In this document: in pieces, positions 57,915-64,000 of the stretch | Layout: every line of letters begins with the position of its first letter | Numbering within the stretch: the first letter of the stretch is position 1 | The notes under the pieces: generated by a model | What the model was told of the DNA's origin: nothing | The model's database searches: none | The model's input: only the letters and a program-made list of their open reading frames with translations | Made by a program: the position numbers and the translations under genes | IMG/VR virus record: IMGVR_UViG_2609459792_000007 | Direction: 5' to 3' (one strand) | DNA: 64,000 nucleotides | Source of the DNA: a virus | Taxonomy: Duplodnaviria > Heunggongvirae > Uroviricota > Caudoviricetes

Positions 57915-58477
57915 GTGAGATTTACTACCTGACGTTACGTGAGCGTTATTCACCAAAACCAGCGCCTAAATGCTCTGTTTGTGGCGAGGAAATGTCAATA
58001 CAGCGCATATCTGGAGCACATGTTGTTTATGCCTGTTCCGGTGAGGGTGATGACGGATATTTTAAGATAGGGCGTACTTTTGCAGACGAACATTATGAAA
58101 AATCACGCGTAACAGTAGTTGATGATAGTGATCCCGATGTGATTGCACTGCTGGACGAAATGGATAAAAGACAGCAACACATCCGACGTCTTGAGCAGGA
58201 GAACGTAGAGATGGCCCTAACGCTTGAGAAACTGCGTGTTGAGCTGGAGACCGTTAAACAGCGGGAAAAGGATCTGTTTATGGAAAATGTTCGACTTAAG
58301 TCAGGTATAGCAGGTCTGATACACCTCGGTATTCGATATGCGGATGTCGAAGTCATGAAAATAGCTGGAGATGCCCAGCTTTCTACTCCCTGTACTGACA
58401 GCATCATAAACAGTATTGCATCAGGCGTTTTCACCAAAGAGGGTCAGCATGATGAGAACAGTAGAAGTTCGCGCTGA
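57911..58477 (+). CDS. Hypothetical zinc-ribbon plus coiled-coil protein
   Basis: CSVCGEE...YACSGEGDDGYFK then coiled-coil segment. Confidence 0.4.
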   Translation: MSEIYYLTLRERYSPKPAPKCSVCGEEMSIQRISGAHVVYACSGEGDDGYFKIGRTFADEHYEKSRVTVVDDSDPDVIALLDEMDKRQQHIRRLEQENVEMALTLEKLRVELETVKQREKDLFMENVRLKSGIAGLIHLGIRYADVEVMKIAGDAQLSTPCTDSIINSIASGVFTKEGQHDENSRSSR

Positions 58478-58637
58478 AGATGTAATCCCAGGTGATGTGG
58501 TCATAACATCTAAAGGCAAACGATGTGCGGTTAAATCTTTCTGGATGGAAGGTGACAAAGTGACTCTGTTCGGTACGGATGGTTCCGAAACGGATTATGA
58601 CTACGACGAATTGCTTGTTGTTGAGAGAGCTATCTAA
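58449..58637 (+). CDS. Hypothetical small protein
   Basis: Start moved to ATG 58449 (track start 58416 is TTG). Confidence 0.3.
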   Translation: MMRTVEVRAEDVIPGDVVITSKGKRCAVKSFWMEGDKVTLFGTDGSETDYDYDELLVVERAI

Positions 58638-59305
58638 TGACCACCGTTAACAATAAGAAATGCTACCCAAGCGAGAAATATCTTAATGAGCTGATCACCA
58701 ACATTGAGTTCGCTGCAAGGGCACCAGTTGAAGTCGTGAGAGCGATTGCAGCAGAGCTACAGAAGTACCGTAAGGCCTATGCCAATACAGCCGCAACTAA
58801 GGATGGTTGGATAAGCTGTAGTGAGCAGATGCCTGTAATTGGCGAGCTAAATTGGAGAACTAGTTTTCCTTTGCTGATTACGTGTGAGATCGGCGTTATA
58901 CCTGCTTATTACGGCTTTGTAAGCATTAATGGTGAAAGACATTATGGCTTTATGGAGAGTTTTAAATACGGAGATGAGCACGGCAACCACCCTCAAACTA
59001 ATGAATATGGCTTCATTAGTAATGTCACACACTGGATGCAGCTACCAGAACGCCGCAGGAGTCGAAGAGTGAATAAAGCAGAGTTATTTCAGAAAATATC
59101 GGCTCTCGCGACTGAATGCCACGCTATAGCATCTGAGCTTGATGTTGGCGGTGAACGAACCGAGATGTTCGAAATATACAGTGTGCTGCGCAATCTCTGT
59201 CGGCGTGGCTACGCTACTCAGGTGGGGCGAATGACTAACCCACTACTCTCATCCTGTGATGAGGATGACTCGGATGAGGATGACTCGGATGAGGATGACG
59301 AATGA
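58637..59305 (+). CDS. Hypothetical protein with acidic DEDDSDEDDSDEDDE tail
   Basis: 222 aa; C-terminal Asp/Glu/Ser repeat. Confidence 0.4.
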   Translation: MTTVNNKKCYPSEKYLNELITNIEFAARAPVEVVRAIAAELQKYRKAYANTAATKDGWISCSEQMPVIGELNWRTSFPLLITCEIGVIPAYYGFVSINGERHYGFMESFKYGDEHGNHPQTNEYGFISNVTHWMQLPERRRSRRVNKAELFQKISALATECHAIASELDVGGERTEMFEIYSVLRNLCRRGYATQVGRMTNPLLSSCDEDDSDEDDSDEDDE

Positions 59306-59685
59306 TGCATAAATCAGTAGCCGGTGAGTTTCAGAAGGAAGTCGATAATACCACTGATCTATTGGACGATATTTTAAGCATTCTCGCGCTGCTTGAGGCT
59401 GGCGATTGGTCAGAACATTGCACTAAAACAGAGCTAGGCGGTCGGCTTGAAAGAGAGATTACACGACTGATTAGCGATGCCCAAAATGATTTGTCACCTG
59501 AGCATCTCCCCTGCGATGTAGTCCTTGTGCCAGGGGTGAGGATACACGAAGGCGTCAGAACGAAAACATTATTAACCGCATTACAGAGAAGAGCCGAACT
59601 AAGCTCGCGGATAAAGTTGATGCCATCCAAAATATTTGATGTCGTCAAATTTACGCCATCGCAACATACTGAGAGAGATAAATGA
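59302..59685 (+). CDS. Hypothetical protein
   Basis: 127-aa ORF, translationally coupled. Confidence 0.4.
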   Translation: MMHKSVAGEFQKEVDNTTDLLDDILSILALLEAGDWSEHCTKTELGGRLEREITRLISDAQNDLSPEHLPCDVVLVPGVRIHEGVRTKTLLTALQRRAELSSRIKLMPSKIFDVVKFTPSQHTERDK

Positions 59686-60497
59686 GCACGGTAGCGAAAG
59701 ATCTCACAGAAGATATTCTCAATGAAATTATTGCTGGTGCAAATACCTCGCTTGAGCAACTTCTTGCGTTAGCACTGAGAGCCGAACGTCGAGACAGAAA
59801 TCGTTTTTATGAGCGATTACCAGGGAAGCGACCAGATAGATCGGATGAAGAAGGTTGCGATATAGACTACATGGAGCCTTCAGAGATTTATCAACTTGGT
59901 AAAGATGACGGCTGGAACGCTTATCACGATGCTGTGATGAAGTTGGATGAAAAAGTTAAACCTCTTTCTCGACCGGTAGATCACGGTTTCCGCGATAACT
60001 GCGAATGCTCTAGTTGCCAGACCACGGCCCGTATTTGTTCCGAATTGACAGATAAGTCCAGCCTAATCTACGAAGTTAATGTAGGCGGTAATACATGGGT
60101 CGAATGCACAAGAGCTGCATACGTAAGAGCAAAAGACAAGGGTGAATTAACCAGAGTTGTTACCCATCACCCAAATAATGAGCTTAAAGATCACCAGATT
60201 CGAGAACTAGTGAACGAGTTGCGGCATATTGCGGTTACGTATCACGGAACGCAGCAATTGCGGGAGAAAATTGCCAGAGCAGTGAACAACTCGCTCAAAG
60301 GTGGACAATCCCAACCGAAACGTATACGAATTACACATATAGGTGAAAACGGAACAGAAATCCCCCAATTTTCTGTTGGGGACATCTTTGATGTACATGG
60401 AGAAGAGTTTGGCGAGCCTCACATCACTATGCCTAGTGGCCATGTTTATTGGCTAAGAGCTATGGAGAAATATGGTGATAAATGGGAAGTGTTATGA
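59682..60497 (+). CDS. Hypothetical protein
   Basis: 271-aa ORF. Confidence 0.4.
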   Translation: MSTVAKDLTEDILNEIIAGANTSLEQLLALALRAERRDRNRFYERLPGKRPDRSDEEGCDIDYMEPSEIYQLGKDDGWNAYHDAVMKLDEKVKPLSRPVDHGFRDNCECSSCQTTARICSELTDKSSLIYEVNVGGNTWVECTRAAYVRAKDKGELTRVVTHHPNNELKDHQIRELVNELRHIAVTYHGTQQLREKIARAVNNSLKGGQSQPKRIRITHIGENGTEIPQFSVGDIFDVHGEEFGEPHITMPSGHVYWLRAMEKYGDKWEVL

Positions 60498-60510
60498 GGG
60501 ATGCTAAGTT

Positions 60511-61035
60511 ATGACTAAATTTGGAAAGCTGGAAGCTCATTTGCTAACTCGTAACTACCGCCATGATGTGCATCCATATAGACAGTGGATCGATGAAAGC
60601 GAAGGAGTTGTTACATTCCCTCTATACAGGTTTGATGGGATGTTGGCCGGGTATCAGACATACAGACCAGGCGCTCCTAAGCAGCATAGCAATCCGAAGA
60701 TGGCCCGGTATTTCACACGAGCGCACGGCAGACAGCTACTATGGGGAACCTATCTTCCTTTAAAAGATGGACCGATATGGATAACTGAGTCGATTTTTAA
60801 AAGTGCAGCAGTGCACAACGCGGGCGGAAATTCGTGGGCGCTGTTAGGTTCGACTTTCTCAGCAGGATTACGTCGTCAACTGGCAATGCTGCCGTATGAC
60901 TTTCGCGTAATAGGTGACAATGATGCGGCTGGTGAATCACTTGTGAAGTCTTTCGGAAAAGGTTTTGTGGCCCCGGATCTTGACGAGCTACAACCAAATG
61001 AAGTGTCTCATTTGATTTTTAGCCATAGCCAATAA
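60511..61035 (+). CDS. Toprim-like domain protein
   Basis: ITESIFKSAAV (Glu) followed by GDNDAAG (DxD) in Toprim-like spacing; tentative. Confidence 0.35.
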   Translation: MTKFGKLEAHLLTRNYRHDVHPYRQWIDESEGVVTFPLYRFDGMLAGYQTYRPGAPKQHSNPKMARYFTRAHGRQLLWGTYLPLKDGPIWITESIFKSAAVHNAGGNSWALLGSTFSAGLRRQLAMLPYDFRVIGDNDAAGESLVKSFGKGFVAPDLDELQPNEVSHLIFSHSQ

Positions 61036-61171
61036 GCATCCCTTCTCCATTAAGGCCACTAGTTGTGGCCTTAAACAATTTGTTTTCTACCTTTTCTTGT
61101 TCGAGAAAATAACGTTCCTTTGTCTGGTGCTATGTACCGAACAGTTGCACTGAGTGAGCTTCTTTCATGTA

Positions 61172-61191
61172 TACTGTATGAATGAACAGTA
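61172..61191. promoter_or_regulatory. LexA (SOS) box
   Basis: TACTGTATGAATGAACAGTA = CTGT-N8-ACAG palindrome, 17 bp upstream of the UmuD'-like start. Confidence 0.8.
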
Positions 61192-61207
61192 TTGAGGGCA
61201 AAACGCT

Positions 61208-61597
61208 ATGGGCTTCCCTTCTCCTGCGGCGGATTATGCTGAGAGCCGTATTTCTCTTGATCAGCAGATAATTAGACATCCTTCAGCGACCTACTTCATG
61301 AGGGCAGCTGATAGTCATCATCGTGAGGGAATATTACAGGGTGCATTGCTGGTGGTCGATTCCTCACTTACCCCGGTTGATGGTTCTCTGCTTGTATGCG
61401 CTCTGGATGGGGAATATCGCGTAAAAAGATACCGGAAGTATCCACGTCAGCATCTGGAGGATTTAAGAACCGGTAAGAAGGAAGCATTGCCAAAGGATGA
61501 CGATGGGTGCACGGGCAGCAATGCCGTGTTTGGTGTGATCACTCACATTATCAACGACGCAAGAAGTGGCGAGTTTGATGATTGTCCCGTGATGTAG
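61208..61597 (+). CDS. UmuD'-like S24 peptidase-fold protein, pre-truncated, no umuC partner
   Basis: Starts MGFPSPAADYAE (UmuD residues just after the autocleavage site); SATYF..A.DS....GI..GALLVVD; LexA box upstream. Confidence 0.8.
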   Translation: MGFPSPAADYAESRISLDQQIIRHPSATYFMRAADSHHREGILQGALLVVDSSLTPVDGSLLVCALDGEYRVKRYRKYPRQHLEDLRTGKKEALPKDDDGCTGSNAVFGVITHIINDARSGEFDDCPVM

Positions 61598-61608
61598 GAG
61601 AACTGATT

Positions 61609-61633
61609 AGGCGGTGCAATGCACCGCCTTTTT
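61609..61633 (+). terminator. Terminator hairpin at element/chromosome boundary
   Basis: aggcggtgc-aat-gcaccgcct plus T5; ends 2 bp before the apbC stop codon on the opposite strand. Confidence 0.6.
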
Positions 61634-61634
61634 A

Positions 61635-62735
61635 TCACACTGCGCGGAATGCGATTTCGCCAGGTATTACTTCACCTTGCCAATACATTTGGGCAGCAAC
61701 GCGATCTGCGAGGTCACGATAAATAGCCGTAAATTCGCTATCTGGACGACTAATAACGGTTGGTGTTCCGTTATCCAGATCTTCACGAAGAGAGATATGA
61801 AGTGGCATTTGGCCTAACAACTGCGTGTTGTATTTCTCGGCCAGTTTCTCTGCGCCACCGGTGCCAAAAATTGGCTCGTGATGACCGCAGTTACTGCAAA
61901 TATGCACACTCATGTTTTCAACGATACCCAGTACCGGCACTTCGACTTTTTCGAACATCACAATGCCTTTCTTCGCATCGATCAGCGCGATGTCTTGCGG
62001 CGTAGTTACCACAACAGCACCAGTTACAGGAATGTTCTGCGCCAGCGTCAATTGAATATCACCAGTGCCCGGCGGCATATCGAGAACGAGATAGTCCAGA
62101 TCAGGCCACAGTGTTTCCTGCAACATCTGCATCAGCGCCTTGCTGGCCATCGGTCCACGCCACACCATTGCATTGTCGTCGGTGACCAGATAACCAATAG
62201 AGTTGGTTGCCAGGCCATGAGACATGATAGGTGCCATGTGAGTACCGTCCGGTGAGGTTGGACGTTGGTTTTCCGCGCCCAGCATGGTTGGAATTGATGG
62301 ACCATAGATATCGGCATCCAAAATACCAACTTTCGCACCTTCAGCAGCCAACGCCAGTGCCAAGTTTACTGCTGTGGACGATTTGCCTACACCGCCCTTG
62401 CCTGAGCTTACGGCGATAATATTCTTAACGCCATTAATGCCTGGTTGGTTTTTGACGCGCTTAAGCGTGGCAATGTTGTACGACAGCTTCCAGTCAATAG
62501 CCTTTGCGCCAGTGATACGGAGCAGATCACCACTACATTGCTCTTTCAGGTCTTCAAAAGGCTTATTCCACACGAAAGGCATGATTAGTTCGACATGCAG
62601 TGTGTCATCCATCAACGCAACATGGTGTAACGCTTTAAGCGTAGTCAGGTTGTGTTTCAGGGTTGGGTGCTGAAAATTAGCCAGCGTACCGGCTACCATT
62701 GCTCTCAGGGCATCCGGCGATTTGGACTCGCTCAT
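61635..62735 (-). CDS. apbC: Iron-sulfur cluster carrier ATPase ApbC/Mrp
   Basis: Walker A SGKGGVGKSS, C-terminal CSNCGH; near-identical in recalled motifs to enterobacterial Mrp; divergent from metG. Confidence 0.9.
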   Translation of the reverse strand: MSESKSPDALRAMVAGTLANFQHPTLKHNLTTLKALHHVALMDDTLHVELIMPFVWNKPFEDLKEQCSGDLLRITGAKAIDWKLSYNIATLKRVKNQPGINGVKNIIAVSSGKGGVGKSSTAVNLALALAAEGAKVGILDADIYGPSIPTMLGAENQRPTSPDGTHMAPIMSHGLATNSIGYLVTDDNAMVWRGPMASKALMQMLQETLWPDLDYLVLDMPPGTGDIQLTLAQNIPVTGAVVVTTPQDIALIDAKKGIVMFEKVEVPVLGIVENMSVHICSNCGHHEPIFGTGGAEKLAEKYNTQLLGQMPLHISLREDLDNGTPTVISRPDSEFTAIYRDLADRVAAQMYWQGEVIPGEIAFRAV

Positions 62736-62892
62736 CCCGTCTCCTTTATTTTAATTTGCGCAATTATCGCCTTGTAGTGTACTCCAGCTACGACATTTAA
62801 TCATTTATGAGAAATGCTGTTATCACATGGCAGACATAAGGCCATTTTGTTACTATCAAGCCCCTTTTCACTACAAAGAAGTAATGCCTACT

Positions 62893-64000
62893 ATGACCCA
62901 AGTCGCGAAGAAAATTCTGGTGACGTGCGCGCTGCCGTACGCTAACGGCTCAATCCACCTCGGCCATATGCTGGAGCACATCCAGGCTGATGTCTGGGTT
63001 CGTTACCAGCGAATGCGCGGCCACGAGGTTAATTTCATCTGTGCCGACGATGCCCACGGTACGCCGATCATGCTGAAAGCACAGCAGCTTGGTATCACAC
63101 CGGAGAAGATGATTGGCGAAATGAGTCAGGAACACCAGACTGATTTCGCAGGCTTTAACATCAGCTATGACAACTATCACTCGACGCACAGCGAAGAGAA
63201 CCGTCAGTTGTCTGAGCTTATCTATACTCGCCTGAAAGAGAACGGTTTTATTAAAAACCGCACTATCTCTCAGTTGTACGACCCGGAAAAAGGCATGTTC
63301 CTGCCGGATCGTTTTGTAAAAGGCACCTGCCCGAAATGTAAAGCGCCAGATCAATACGGCGATAACTGTGAAGTCTGCGGCGCAACATATAGCCCGACTG
63401 AATTGATCGAGCCGAAATCGGTGGTTTCTGGCGCTACCCCGGTAATGCGTGATTCCGAACACTTCTTCTTTGATCTGCCTTCTTTCAGCGAAATGTTGCA
63501 GGCATGGACCCGCAGCGGCGCGTTGCAGGAGCAGGTGGCGAACAAAATGCAGGAATGGTTTGAATCCGGCCTGCAACAGTGGGATATCTCCCGAGATGCG
63601 CCTTACTTCGGTTTTGAAATTCCGAACGCGCCGGGCAAATATTTCTACGTCTGGCTGGACGCGCCGATTGGCTACATGGGTTCCTTCAAGAATCTGTGCG
63701 ACAAGCGCGGCGATACCACCAGCTTCGATGAATACTGGAAGAAAGACTCCACCGCCGAGCTGTACCACTTCATCGGTAAAGATATTGTTTACTTCCACAG
63801 CCTGTTCTGGCCTGCCATGCTGGAAGGCAGCAACTTCCGCAAGCCGACCAACCTGTTTGTTCACGGCTATGTGACGGTGAACGGCGCGAAGATGTCCAAG
63901 TCTCGCGGCACCTTTATTAAAGCCAGCACCTGGCTGAATCATTTTGACGCCGACAGCCTGCGTTACTACTACACTGCGAAACTCTCTTCGCGCATTGATG
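62893..64000 (+). CDS. metG: Methionyl-tRNA synthetase (5' part, runs off window end)
   Basis: [26 protein letters not shown] (HIGH motif), zinc knuckle [18 protein letters not shown]; open to position 64000. Confidence 0.9.
   Translation, partial: MTQVAKKILVTCALPYANGSIHLGHMLEHIQADVWVRYQRMRGHEVNFICADDAHGTPIMLKAQQLGITPEKMIGEMSQEHQTDFAGFNISYDNYHSTHSEENRQLSELIYTRLKENGFIKNRTISQLYDPEKGMFLPDRFVKGTCPKCKAPDQYGDNCEVCGATYSPTELIEPKSVVSGATPVMRDSEHFFFDLPSFSEMLQAWTRSGALQEQVANKMQEWFESGLQQWDISRDAPYFGFEIPNAPGKYFYVWLDAPIGYMGSFKNLCDKRGDTTSFDEYWKKDSTAELYHFIGKDIVYFHSLFWPAMLEGSNFRKPTNLFVHGYVTVNGAKMSKSRGTFIKASTWLNHFDADSLRYYYTAKLSSRID

Noticed and set aside
62950-63942. 330-aa minus-strand ORF
   Set aside because: Lies entirely antisense within metG, whose + strand translation matches methionyl-tRNA synthetase motif for motif; typical antisense shadow ORF.

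Overview
Positions 1 to about 61.6 kb are a phage-plasmid-like element (P1 / SSU5-pHCM2-like in organisation); the last ~2.4 kb are enterobacterial chromosomal genes apbC(mrp) and metG (partial). Almost all element genes are on the + strand. Main content: (1) a type Ib-like partition pair (ParA-like ATPase plus small putative RHH protein); (2) an iteron replicon with a minus-strand RepA-like initiator flanked on both sides by arrays of CYMTAGTGG-type iterons, DnaA boxes, GATC clusters and an AT-rich stretch; (3) a near-complete phage replisome and nucleotide-metabolism set: DnaB-like helicase, primase, ATP-dependent ligase, Pol III alpha-like polymerase, separate DnaQ-like exonuclease, gp32-like SSB, 5'-3' exonuclease, RNase H, RecA-like, SbcCD-like, RuvC-like, NrdAB, thymidylate synthase with an insertion, DHFR, glutaredoxin, a P-loop kinase; (4) a CobS/CobT-like AAA+/vWA pair; (5) a tRNA cluster (Asn, Tyr, Thr, probable Ser) beside a tyrosine recombinase that has a lox-like 13-7-13 palindrome upstream and a convergent XRE repressor; (6) accessory genes: two NPPY DNA methyltransferases, a SpoT-like HD hydrolase, a TerB-like protein, an SPFH lipoprotein, AT-rich moron islands, and a LexA-box-controlled stand-alone UmuD'-like gene at the element edge. 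Several short sequence modules recur in intergenic regions (two palindromic motif families, a conserved AAAGGAAAACACATG initiation context, two duplicated 55-65 bp elements). No CRISPR array, reverse transcriptase or virion structural genes were recognised. All calls rest on reading motifs in the supplied translations and DNA; no database search was run, and family assignments from memory are flagged as such.
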